A stretch of 61,978 nucleotides of DNA, filler included, from Choristocarpus tenellus KU-1152 (GCA_964200185.2; 15 parts of 15 records of this genome joined end to end with filler, not necessarily neighbours in it); one strand, 5' to 3'. Counted from the first letter of the whole stretch, positions 1 through 11,481 are shown. Numbers and translations: made by a program. The notes: generated from the sequence alone by a model not told the origin.

Positions 1-40
1 AAATCACACCAAAAAAGTGAAAATCGAAAAAACGGTGAAC

Positions 41-77
41 AACGGACGCCAACCCCCCCCTCCAGATACTTTGACCC
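41..77 (-). mobile_element. Family-2 DNA transposon terminus (GGGTCAAAGTATCTGG-polyG), body lost at contig start
   Basis: aacggacgccaacccccccctccagatactttgaccc; the same terminus occurs at eight other contig ends. Confidence 0.75.
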
Positions 78-2457
78 ATTTGAAGCATAAATAAGATCAC
101 CATCACCTCAGATAGGCTATTAAGAATTGGCACTATCAAAGAATGAATAGGGGTGGTAGATAGAGAGGGAGAAAAAAAGAGGATAATGGTCAGTCATGAC
201 AAGAAATAATTAAGCAACATCTCATCATTCACTGGTGTCAAGAATGACAGCAATGAAAAAGAAAGGATGATGTAATCGATTGTGTAGTAATTCGTATCTA
301 TTTGTGTTATTTTTCATGCTCCTAATAACCCAAACTTCACATCACACGCGATCTTACCCTTAACACCAAAAAACTCACATCGCACCCCTCCCTATCCAAT
401 CTTACTGCAAGCTGGAAGATCATAATATTTGATAAAAACATTTGGTAGACAACACCAGGCCAGAGTGTGACTACGTGTTTCCCTTTGTGACCCTCAAAAT
501 AACCAAAATAAAGTAAAAATACTTCAATTATTCAATGCAATGTCAAAAAATGAACCCCTCATTATGCAAAGCACGAACAACCTTGAGCAATTCCCATTGC
601 CATGAATATGAAGGTGAACAAGAGGCAGAATCCCTACCTCAATTGGACCTTTTCCCTTCACACTCCCGTTATTACTGATACTTGAACAGGGAATGGCCTT
701 GTACTACCCACCAATCCATTCCCCCACTCTCCTGGTCCCATCTAGATTATAGACACTATGTATCACTGAGAGTCTTCCCCCGTAGGCCTTGTATCTCCTC
801 ATCCACAATCAATGTTGTCAGACAATTATCTGACCAACTTCAACTCAAACAACTGTTATCATTCATCAACGTGTTGTGAATATTCACTCCCACTTCCAAC
901 ATCACTACTTTCACTCCTTGGATTTTGAACATCATGGTCACCTCCTTCAGTTTGCTCATTGCCCACCACACCAGATGATGCCCTGTCCTGCTCCTTCGGG
1001 AGTTAACATGGTTCTCACCCTCTTCTTGCATGCTCATTCTTAGACTCCCTCATCATTACCACTGTGGTATAATGATGAAGGCAAGTGCTTCCACTCTTCC
1101 CAAGGAGGAGGCCCCACTCCTGTTGTCCCATCCACATTGTCCTATCATAGAATGTGTATGTGGCCAAGGGGGGTCATCAACACCCATTACCCCTCCTCCT
1201 CATGTAGACCCAACACCCTCACCTCCTGGCAACACCGACACATAGTGCTTAGCATTCAACTCGTAATCACCTGAGAAAGATATACATAATCTGCACCAGC
1301 CCTTGCTGACCCTCAGCTTTTTATTCATACCGTTTTTAATCTTCCTAACCCTGACCCAGAGTGGCACACAGTAATCTACAACTCTTGGGGCTTGTAGCAT
1401 AAACGAATGTGTTCCTCATGGCATCCCAAGAGTTATTCTTAGGACAACTACATATGTAATGTCCAGACGGCACACCCTATCAACATCCAACCGCCTCACA
1501 CTACAGACTGGGCAGAATCTCGATACCAAAAGGTACAGCTTGGCTATGTCAAAAACAATTTCTTCACCTGTCAAAGGATCTTGAAGGTCTTGTTGTTCGC
1601 AAGAAGTAGCATTCAGCAGTACTCGTGCAGAGGGTGCACCTCATTGCTTGAAAAAAAAAGTCCGACAACATGTTCTCTAGGTGGTTTCAACGACTTTAAA
1701 CTGGTACTTGGGCAAAGTGGTTTTCGTTCACACCTATGTTGATTGGTGGTATGATCTTCATGGATAAGGTCTGCCTAACAAAGCCACAACGTTCCTGTAC
1801 AGTGTGATCATGAGTGTGAGTATGACCAGAGCTACCTGGCTCATGTTATGTTGACTGGGGTATAACGAATGTGTGGCAGTTGCTTGATAGATCTTCACCT
1901 TAATCATCCCAACTGTCTCCTTTCTGAATCCTGACCTAAGGTACTAGGTACTAGGTACAGTCTTCCACTGTTGGTGGCGTTGAGGTACCATACCATAGTG
2001 GCTGCTAGCTTGTAGCATGCCTCTGCCTCTCCTTTGCCAACCCTGAAGACAGCTCAGCTTCCCCTCACACCGCAACAAATCATTGACCAAAGCAATATCA
2101 AATTATATGCTTAACACAATAATGGCTGCATATCTCCTGAAGAAAACACAACCAGTAGTAGTAGTGTGGACAACATGTACCACCAAAATAGTACACAAAA
2201 TAGCGCTATCAAAGAATGATAGCAAAATAGATGCTGCAGATCACAGGGGTGAGTCCTCTGCAATGATGGCTCATTCATGATATCCGATGTGATCAAAATC
2301 AAGGCCTATTGGTTCATGATCAGACCACTCTACTATTGATGATATTGAGGCCTCCTCAGGTTGAGAAGTAACAATCCCTGGAGGAATTACAATCAAAATA
2401 GCGAGACCTTGCTGGTTGGCGCAAGATAATTTTTCACACCACAAGACAACTTTGATT

Positions 2458-2800
2458 GACCTGTCTGTGCTGGTTGTACAACATCAATCAACCACACCCA
2501 TGCATACTTTGGAGAGGAGTAACGCAAACATTCATAATGGGGAATGTATTCCAGGACGAAGGAAGGCTGCTGGCTCAATCCAGCATGTACATGGGCATAT
2601 AGTTACTTGCATCACAAGGACTTTTGACTAACCTGGCTGTGCTGGTTGTACGACGACATCACTAGATCACATGCATATGCAATTTGAAGAGGACTAATAC
2701 AAATGTTTCTGGTGGGGAGTGTTTTGCAAGACAAGGGAAGGCAGTTGGCTCAATCAAATACATAAGCAGGTCATCATGTCAGCAACAATATTGCTGATCG
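2458..2800. repeat. Diverged tandem duplication, two units of about 172 bp
   Basis: ctgtgctggttgtac...agagga.taa...ggaaggc.g.tggctcaatc occurs from ~2461 and again from ~2633. Confidence 0.75.
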
Positions 2801-3940
2801 TACAGTGTTTCGAGCCCCTCTTGGTATCACCAAGTTCTGAATACAAAAGTTACCTTAATTTCACAACCAAATTAAACAACGAATTGGACACATGACGAAT
2901 ATGAAGATCAGATGCATGGTCTGTAAGGGTGAGTCTGACGAGTCAGTCACATATTCCATGGGGTGAGTTAATTCAAGGTCTTCAAATACACTGCTGAATT
3001 CAAACACATCTTTGTCCTGTAATTGGAACCTTTGCCTCAAGCATTCTGTCAAACTTATGACCCCTGAAATCCACCAACTTCTGTTGCCCTGTATCCATAA
3101 TACAGAATCCTAGAAGCAAGAAAAAAAATATGGTGGTGGGAGGTCATCGCTGTAATGAAGCCTTAAAACAGACGGACTGAACTCAGCAGTCCACACACAT
3201 CAAATATCTCTTGACAAAGTGTTAACACTATTACGGGAGAAAGTATTGATTAAAATCTGTATCTCGCTTTCTACGCACTTTTTAAGTTTCATTTTTGCGA
3301 ATTTTTTGTTCAGCCGGTTAGCTCTAATTGCAATTGATCTCTTTTTATAGATTGAGTTTACTTACGATTTAATGGGGTGAGAGCCTGTGATCTGAGTTTT
3401 AAGGTGGTGTAACACTTGGCCCCTATCTCCAAATATCCAGCTGTTTGCGTCTACATAGAAATTGGGTTGGAGGCCTTTTGAAAGTACCAATAGGTCTCAG
3501 GTTCTTCTAGATTGCACAAGGACACTGCAGAAGACCAAACCTGATGATGAGGAAGAACTGGAGTAGACGAAACTCTTCAAATGATATTTCTTCGCAACTC
3601 AAAGACACTCTTGAGCTATTGACGCCCCAAGGAAGGGGTCCTAGGATGACAAATAGCAAAAGCAAGAGGTCGAGACAACCAGCCCCAGAGGCACCTGCAG
3701 GTGTAGGGATGCAGCAAAACAAGAGGGGGAGGCCTTGGAAAGACCAGGCAAGGGCCTGCATGATTGCAGCGAGGAAGAAATAGGTGGAGGGCACCGCCAG
3801 ACATCAGGCTCAAGAGGCTAGGGAAGCTGATGCCAAAGAGTAAATGGAGAAACTCAAGTTGGTCAGAGGAGAGAGGTTCTTCCTGAGGGGCAGGCACATG
3901 TACTGTTGATCCTGTACTACCAGCTTGTTATCAACAACCA

Positions 3941-3961
3941 GACCCAAAGTATCTGGGAGGG
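3941..3961 (+). mobile_element. Family-2 terminus variant at contig end
   Basis: gacccaaagtatctgggaggg runs into the linker. Confidence 0.7.
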
Positions 3962-4061
3962 NNNNNNNNNNNNNNNNNNNNNNNNNNNNNNNNNNNNNNN
4001 NNNNNTTAATTAATTAANNNNNNNNNNNNNNNNNNNNNNNNNNNNNNNNNNNNNNNNNNNN
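3962..4061. other. Artificial contig linker (N44-TTAATTAATTAA-N44), first of 14
   Basis: Identical 100-bp spacer with stops in all six frames. It recurs at 6697, 9327, 13047, 15665, 20784, 23727, 30675, 33503, 40347, 43835, 46687, 49397 and 59378. Confidence 0.99.
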
Positions 4062-4452
4062 GGTCTCATTTGAGCCCTTGTGCAACGTTACCTGAAAGAT
4101 GAACGACCCCTCTAGCACCATGACTAGGGGTGATCATCAGCCTTTGTCGGATCAAGGCATCCAGGTATCACTATTTCCGTGTATTTGATGCCCCCCTCCA
4201 TATACCTAACCTGTTGAGTTTTTGACCCTACACAGCTTTGAGTGCAAATATTTGTTGATTTCTGGTTCATGTCATACGCAAATGTATAACTGACTGGCTT
4301 AATGGACCCTTGCTACATGATTAGCCCTAAAAAAAGCTAGCTGTGCTCTTGACATATGAATAAAGGTCGGTGACATAGACAAGGTAAAGTCCAGGTGGGT
4401 TGCCTTTCCCCTGACTCATGATCCTCTTCTTCCTTGCATAACTCAATCTGCT

Positions 4453-6506
4453 ATGAAGGCGGTGATAATGGCGTACGATGACGGGGCCCGGTTATACCCT
4501 CTCACTCAAGACACGCCAACAACCTTGCTGCCGGTTGTCAACAAGCCCCTCCTTCACTACCAACTTGACCTCTTGGAAAAAGCGAAGTTTTCAGGTGACG
4601 CAATAGCCAACCTCACCTCTGCGACCTCGTTAAAAGAGAGAGTGACTCCTTCTCCCCCAACAATTATCACTCAATTTCGTTGTACACGATAGCAAACTTC
4701 CTCACCGTTAAAATGCCAGCCCTGTTGACTATATTCTCGACTTTGCTTGACTGTGTACTAATAACGTAGTGGGCATTGCGTTGCTCATCCACGCCATTAC
4801 CCTTTTCTCATTCAATTTGACCCTCTTCACTTGCACACATCGTGTACCATGCTTGAGTTTGTATTCAGACGCTCCATTATGCAATCACAATGCAATATTT
4901 GCTCCAGGTGGAGTACACGTTAGGGGTGCTCAATTACTCCCTTCCCACCACGTTACCTACCACGTTCTGCCTCTTCCCCCACCCTGTACACGGGATATTT
5001 TTCCTGCTTTCCCGCTAGCAGATGCATTGGTTGTTTGTTCGAGGATGGCTGAAGCCCCTGTGTCAAAGTTCCTCGAGACATACACAGGGACACTGAGTGT
5101 CGAGAAGGTGATTGTGGACAGCTCACAGGACACTGCGCAAGTCCTACGCCAGATTCGGACAGATATAAGGTGTCCAGGAAATTATTTTTGCCTGCTTGTC
5201 AAGGCTGGTGCACTCCCCTGCCTTCTACAAAATGTTTTCATTGTTCCTTCTGTCCCAATGCCTGCTGTTCCCCTTCTTACGCCTCCTGCTGACTACTAGT
5301 AGAGTGATATCAACAATCCCACTTTCAAAATATCAACTGCTTAATCTTGATCCACTCCAATCGAATCAGCTCCCAGCCCCAGTCTCTATTGTGTAATGTT
5401 CACCTGATGTACTTGGTGTCCTCATCCCATCCTGGTGGCCACGTGTTGATGTGATGTGGTGATATTGGTGTTGGATATGCTTCAGGAAGGACTTCCTTCT
5501 TCTCCCTGGAGATGTGATATGCGAGGAGGTCCTATTGGACTTGATAGAGGTGAGTCAGGCATAGCACTATGGTAGCACACTGTAGAGAGGCGGGTTGATG
5601 TTAGTACTTTATTGTGTTAGTACTTGATGATATTGGTATTTTATTGTGTCTGGGTTGTGTGTTCTTGTGTGCTGTCTTCCTGTACAGCAATGGGGAGAAT
5701 GGATAGATCTTAGGAGAGGTGGTGCATGTAGGGGAATTGTGCTGTCAGTAGACAAAGGTGTGTACGTGTTGCAATGCTTGTCCTGGAAGCTTGTATGTAT
5801 ATTACTACCTAAGCAAATTTTTTAGATGCAGTCAGTGAGTACCTCGAGAGGTTCTCTTTTGATTTGGTAGCCTTGCAAGGAGTTTATTGGGATGCCAAGA
5901 CCACTCCTTAGAGTTGTCAGTACAGGTTTTTGATGAGTTACTTTACCTTGTACGAGTTCAGATGCTGAGCCATGCTGCTATCCTCTGCTAGCGGATTCCC
6001 TTCTCCGGCAATGTGTGGAGCTTCCTTGATGTGGACTGCCTTTTTACTCCCTGCATGGGAAGCAAATGATTGTATTGATCGCCTCGATGAAGTTCTAAGG
6101 GCTATGGTGTCATTAACTGCACTTACAATCTTCTGCAGGCGTTGGAATGGCACTTCAGTCCCCTAGGATGAATCCATAGCTCTTGAGAAGCTCATTGACC
6201 CTGTGCTGTGAGTTGAAAAACACGTTGCATCTGTAGGACGTACCTTTTTTCGTCAGTGGAGATCCGCCTTAGCAATGCAATCCAAGCGACGCAATGATCC
6301 TTCCCCTCCCCTGAGCCAGTCTGTTTTTTTTTCACATTTCAATGTCTACTGATGATGGATGCGTTGTGGTCGGACTGGTTGGACTGGTTGCTAACCTCCA
6401 GGTCCACTCGGTGAACGCAGCTGATGCCACCATTCTCCTCAAGGAAGAGGCACCAGTCAAGGATGCAAAGGGCAGAAAGAACATCAGGCCTAAGAGGGAC
6501 GAGGAG
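4453..6506 (+). CDS. EIF2B3: Translation initiation factor eIF2B gamma subunit-like (nucleotidyltransferase fold), 5' part, spliced
   Basis: Exons 4453-4594, 5022-5169, 5486-5549 and 6402-6506 have GT-AG ends and consistent phases. They give KAVIMAYDDGARLYPLTQDTPTTLLPVVNKPLLHYQLDLLEKAKFS-DALVVC...DTAQVLRQIRTDIR-KDFLLLPGDVICEEVLLDLIE-VHSVNAADATILLKEE, the eIF2B-gamma N-terminal pattern with a degenerate GGG nucleotide motif. A possible extra first exon lies at 4099-4164. Truncated by the contig end. Confidence 0.85.
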
Positions 6507-7068
6507 GTGGGTGTATGCTCATTACGTTTTGAGGTAAGAATAAAGGGTGTGCATATGCACCTTGAATGGATTGTGTATGCCTCTTCCTTGGCTGAAGCCT
6601 CCCCCTTCTCCTTGGCTGAGTGTGTGTTTCTGAAAAAAGGTGTGTGTGTTGGGGGGGGGGGGGGGGGGGGGGGAGGTGGGAAGGGGGGGGGGGGGGNNNN
6701 NNNNNNNNNNNNNNNNNNNNNNNNNNNNNNNNNNNNNNNNTTAATTAATTAANNNNNNNNNNNNNNNNNNNNNNNNNNNNNNNNNNNNNNNNNNNNCTGA
6801 AGAACCTCTCCACAATTACTCTGGACAGCCCCCCTTCCTCCTCAAGACTGACAGGAATGTTGACTCTCATTCCAGGCAATGTGTAGTCACAGTGGCCTCA
6901 TACGTAGTATACATTGTGCTTCGCCCGCCCCCAGACCATCTCTATCGAGTTCAATTCACAGTGGTACTTTCGAAGCATCAAGCGGTGTCTTTTAAGACGT
7001 TCAACCAGAATCGTGTCCAGTAAGTGACTTAAACAGTATTAAGCCGAGGTTAGCCCGCGTACCGTTTT

Positions 7069-7395
7069 GGTGGTGACCAATCTTGATTTGTTTTAAACGG
7101 TTGCCCAACGATTTAATCGATGATCAGCACAAGAAAATAAATATCTGGATCTAGGCTATCAATCTGCGCAAAGGAATTATTTCGGAAAAATATATTTGAT
7201 CGGGATAACTCATTCCGGAAAATGTTCTAGGTTGTGCCGAAAACAATCGGTTAAAATAAAACGTTACCAAGATAATTTTCCAAACGAATTCCTTTAGGTA
7301 AACCGATAGCTTAGATCAAGAGCTTTCATTCGATATGCTGATGGTCGTTTACTCGTTGGGCAACTTAAAAAACAAAATCAAGACTGGTCTCATCC
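7069..7395. mobile_element. Foldback/MITE-like element with ~125-bp imperfect terminal inverted repeats
   Basis: Left arm gaccaatcttgatttgtttt...gttgcccaacga...atcagca...gatctaggctatc...aaaggaatt matches the reverse complement of 7268-7395. Confidence 0.75.
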
Positions 7396-7643
7396 TAGAG
7401 GTGAGTGCCAACACTATTGGCAATCAATTCAATCAAGAAGAAGCATTGGTTTTTCTGTCAACCCTTGAAACTATCAAGATCCAACACTAGTCAGTATTAG
7501 TCAGATAAATACGCATCATCATCACTACTTTTTTTTAAGAGTTCAAATCACTCTACAATACCAATTGAAATCATTTTCAATATGAATCATGTTATTCTGT
7601 ATTGGCATGGTTCGCTCAGGCAAGGGTGGTGAAGAGAACCACT

Positions 7644-7913
7644 AACTCAAAGTATCTTAGACGGTATAGCCGTGTCCGTTTGTGGTCCAAAATCCAATGT
7701 TGAAATTTCGATGTAATTCTGGCTATCGTGTCTGTTGGAAGAGTCAATATCTTTGTTCTGGGCAAACCTTTCATAACATACACATTTCATCTACTCCGAA
7801 ACGTTTCGGAGTAGGATTTCGGAGTAGGAAAATGTCATAAAAAAATTTGTGGAAAGTCAAGCCCCAAAGGGACAAACAGGGCAAAACTCGTACCCTCTAA
7901 GATACTTTCACTC
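7644..7913 (+). mobile_element. MITE family 1, copy A
   Basis: TIR (GAG)TCAAAGTATCTTAGA.GGTA...TACCCTCTAAGATACTTTCACTC, internal hairpin, homologous to six other copies. Confidence 0.92.
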
Positions 7914-8479
7914 ACTGAACAAGATTGACCAGACGGATCGAGACGAACCGTAACCGAGAGGACAATGTCAAAGTTGGACAAAGTGCAAGACTGCAAGGAC
8001 TTGCTGGAAATTGTGAGTGATGATAATCTTACGAGAGGGGGGTTATTCTATTATTATGAACTCTGACATTTTGCAGAGGGGGGCTATCAAAACAATCGAG
8101 ACGTGACAACAAAGAGAATCTTTCATGTGCGGCATATCCAGTTAAAAAGGTGTCCACTAAGTGTAGGACTGGTCTCTTGAAAGATTCCACACCCCAATTA
8201 TTTTATTTTTATTTGTATGCCCAGTGACATTTTGCAGGTGTGTGAGGGGAAAAACAAATGAAACCTTCCACATGTCAGAAAAAAACCTAAAAATAAATAT
8301 TTTTTCATAAATGTCCAAGACATTAATCTATTTACTATTGTATTACCAGTTATGCTTCATCGCTGCCTTCCTGTACCTCCAATCTACCTTAGTCCTGCAC
8401 CCCAGGGTGAGGAGCTAAGCAAGCATCCAACAACAATCTAACAAGCACTTCCTTCCCCATCTCCCTGGTGTCTCCAGCT

Positions 8480-9206
8480 TTAAAAGCATGACACGTCTAG
8501 ATGGGCCTATTTGCGTTGTGACTGAGACATCTGTCGTAGACGAAATTTGACAGCCCCTTTTCTCCTGTAGCCTCTTGTCCCTCTCCCCCCTACCGCGTGC
8601 ATAGCCAGCTCATCCAGAAAACTTTCCGCTTGCATACCGAGCCACCCAATACTTTCTACCGCGAAGGTGTGTTGAGGTTACAACTACAAGGGTCAAAAGA
8701 TCCCTCGTAGTGGGTGTGCTTTCATGCCTCAGCTGCTGCAGCAGCAGCTACACCATTGCTGGTGGGTGAGTGTGTGGGAGGTGAGATGCTGCCTATACTT
8801 CTGCAGAACAACATCTAGAAAGAGGTATCAAATAGCCTAGTGCTATCCTTACGTTGTGTGTGCTGATACACAAAATAGTAACATACATAGCGGTATGATT
8901 GATCAGTATTTGGACATATGTCAGAGAACATTGATGGCTAAGACAAAGGCTCAGCGGATAATTAATATTCAGTGTATGTTCACCATGTACCTCAACCAGC
9001 AGCTTTGGGTGACGAGCCTTTTCATGCACTAAGCTACTCAACAAGAGGCCTTTGTCCCAGTAGAGGGCCGATCCGGCATCCGCTAGTGCCCCAGTATGGA
9101 AGACCAGATCCATGCGGAAATTCCTGTCTAGTGTAAATGGACTACCATCCTCCATAGTGCAAGGGATGCCCATTCCTTTATAAAGTTTACTTTGACGCTT
9201 AACCAT
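8480..9206 (-). pseudogene. Decayed restriction-like endonuclease (RLE) region of a CRE-like/R2-superfamily non-LTR retrotransposon, interrupted by an LTR-like insert
   Basis: GIPCTMEDGSPFTLDRNFRMDLV...DKGLLL, then after the insert AEA*KHTHY.GSFD and (frameshift) FAVESIGWLGMQAESFLDELAMHAVGG...RKG. These fit the R(P/M)D, K..HY and AVE..G.LG RLE motifs. Confidence 0.8.
8820..9043 (-). repeat. Truncated LTR-like repeat starting TGTTGA, homologous to 34353-34930
   Basis: Reverse complement tgttgagtagcttagtgcatgaaaaggctcgtcacccaaagctgctggttgaggtacatggtgaacata aligns with 34353 onwards. Confidence 0.75.
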
Positions 9207-9234
9207 CGGTGTGTGTTGTCAAACCTGTCCTCCT

Positions 9235-9326
9235 GGGTCAAAGTATTCGGGGGGGGGGGGGTGGGCGTAGTTTGAGTAGTCGAAACAAATAAGAACACAT
9301 TGGGGGAACAATTATAGAAAGGCGGA
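9235..9326 (+). mobile_element. Family-2 terminus at contig end
   Basis: gggtcaaagtattcggggggg...gtgggcgt pointing into the linker. Confidence 0.7.
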
Positions 9327-9427
9327 NNNNNNNNNNNNNNNNNNNNNNNNNNNNNNNNNNNNNNNNNNNNTTAATTAATTAANNNNNNNNNNNNNNNNNN
9401 NNNNNNNNNNNNNNNNNNNNNNNNNNA

Positions 9428-9730
9428 GAAGCAGAGTGCATAGCCATGGGGGAACGTGTGAAGGAGTTGTTGTTTTTGCGAGGTGTCTTGGAGTTCTTGC
9501 AACCTGATAGGACGGGGTCGTGTTATGTAGTGTATCAGGATAACGCAGGAGCCATCCATTTGCCTAACAACCCTTTGAGTTCTGGCAGGACTAAGCATAT
9601 GGATCTACGACATAATTTCCTAAGGGGCTTGGTAGCCAATGGGCAAATAAGGATTCTTGATGTTACCTCAGATGAGCAGCATGCAGATGTGTTGACGAAG
9701 CCTTTAGCGGAAGTATCTGTTTGGAGGCAT
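9428..9730 (+). mobile_element. Ty1/copia RNase H fragment
   Basis: EAECIAM...YQDNAGAIHLPNNPLSSGRTKHMDLRHNFLR...EQHADVLTKPL matches the canonical copia EAEY/DN/TKHID/ADxLTK motifs. Confidence 0.93.
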
Positions 9731-10116
9731 GCTCCGCAGTCTCTGCTGCCTCGGGAAAGCAGGAAGAGAGTGGCGAGTGCATCACCAGGTGGTACAGTGA
9801 CGAAGTCTGTGGGGAAGCCTGGTCATGGTGGGCGAAAGGAGAACCAGGGTGGCCGACCGAAGGGAAGGTTGGGGAGGAGAGCAGTGCGACTGTGTGCCAT
9901 TGTGCTCTGGAAACGCCTGAGCGAAACCATGGTGTAGAATATTTTAGTAGCCGAGAGTTGCAGTAGGCCCTGACTGTTTGGAAGCTATGCAAGCCGGAGT
10001 GACTGAAGGAAACGAGACAGAAGGCATTAGGGTTGGGCTACAAGGACTCTGAAGCCTGAAAGAAGGCCGAAAGAGCTCGCAAGGCGGAGGAGAAAGCGAT
10101 AGCAACAAAGGCAGCC

Positions 10117-10777
10117 GTGGAGATGTTTCGCTACCACCAAATCATTTACTTAGAAGAGGTCGCGAAGCAGGTGGAGGTAGCCATCAATGAGGATGCCAGG
10201 GAAGAAGAGGAGGTGAGATTGATACTGTTTGCATACTGGTGGTATGGCGTGAAAGGTATTGCAAGATGCCGTACATTCACTTTTGTTCCTGGACTTAGGG
10301 TTGGACGTATAAAGTTGGTTAAGGGTTACTCCCCATCTTGCATTCATTCGAGAAATCAACGCAATTTTCGATCAACACAAGCCGGTCCCCCCTCGCTCTT
10401 GTGCCTTGATGATAAAATATCACCCGCCCAGGAAACACGGACGACGCCCATTTCTGGCACTCAACGAAGAAATGTGATAGTAAAGACTCTAACACTGCGA
10501 ATCCTGTGCCTGTGAACGACGTAAAGACCATAAAACGTCTCTCGAGATGGCAGCAGGATATGCGATGGTCAAAGCGAAAACTGTAAGTAGATGGGAGAGA
10601 GACTTCCTAACTAAGGGCCAAATCAAGGTGTCGGAGCAAGGGCGCTACAAAAGGCGTTTCGTTCTGGGCCTCGACGAGGACATCCTTATCGAGGTCAAAG
10701 AGTGGTTGTTCGAATACACAGGAAGAAAGGGTAGGGAGGCTTTTTTGCCGTCTAAACCCTATACTTTAATCAAGTAA
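10117..10777 (+). pseudogene. Probable DNA-transposase N-terminal fragment (IS630/Tc1-mariner-like HTH region), interrupted
   Basis: KTVSRWERDFLTKGQIKVSEQGRYKRRFVLGLDEDILIEVKEWL resembles the TVxRWxxxF...SxxG...DED...WL N-terminal pattern. No catalytic domain is visible. Confidence 0.5.
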
Positions 10778-11481
10778 TAGTGTATCTGTTGCCACTCTTG
10801 GTGACTTACAATCCAGGGTTCGAACCTTAATATGAGCGCTCTTTCTTTAAAAAAATATTAAAATGGCGAAAAAAAAACGAAGCCTTGGTGGCGCCCACCC
10901 TTTCCTCCCCAGCCCACCCTTTCCGAAGCCGTTTCTTACGGGAGGTAGCGCTAAAGCAACGCGTACAGCCAGCGCGTTTCGACCTTCCTCGCTCAGCTTG
11001 CAATTTTTCACCCTGGTCGATGGGTCGTGGCGAAAGAAGGCAGACTCGCTGGAGTGGGCATATTGGCTACCAGACTCACGTCCCAGATGGTTCGGAAGCT
11101 AGGCAAAGCCGCACAGCTCTTGGCGAGGTGCTGAGATGTTGCGAAAATGGGGGGGCGTTGTACCACACCCACAGAAAATGGGGTCGAAAAGAACTGTTTT
11201 TTCGCTATCACTTCTCGGAAAAGATTCAGAACTATTTCAGAACTATCTCGGAACAAAACGGGAAACAAAAAATTCCCTCCGAACAAATATATCCAATGCT
11301 TCAATTTAAGCGATACATCACCAGGAAAGTCTTTGCATTGGTGAAGGAATGACCAAAACAAAATGAAAAAAATAATAACATCGCAGACTTATAGGATAGA
11401 GGGAGTATGTAGGGTTTTTTACTACTTAGAGTACTATAATTGGATACAAGATAAAAGTAGAGGGAATGGGAAATAGGGAGG

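Noticed and set aside
520-1400. Coding-like minus-strand stretch with a GNCSRLFVL segment faintly like a Ulp1 protease motif
   Set aside because: Many stops and no second motif; it cannot be assigned.
3507-3897. Overlapping 79-95 aa ORFs
   Set aside because: Low-complexity purine-rich sequence, no domain or splice support.
3962-4061. Regularly recurring TTAATTAATTAA palindrome and ORFs ending in XXX-LIN
   Set aside because: Synthetic linker; ORFs crossing it and any cross-contig gene cluster are artefacts.
6650-6696. Long G/C runs at contig ends (also ~30848, 40250, 43738, 46617) as G-quadruplex elements
   Set aside because: They coincide with low-quality contig ends; length and sequence are unreliable.
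10770-10830. GGTTCGAACC resembling a tRNA T-loop/B-box
   Set aside because: No cloverleaf, acceptor stem or A-box can be built.
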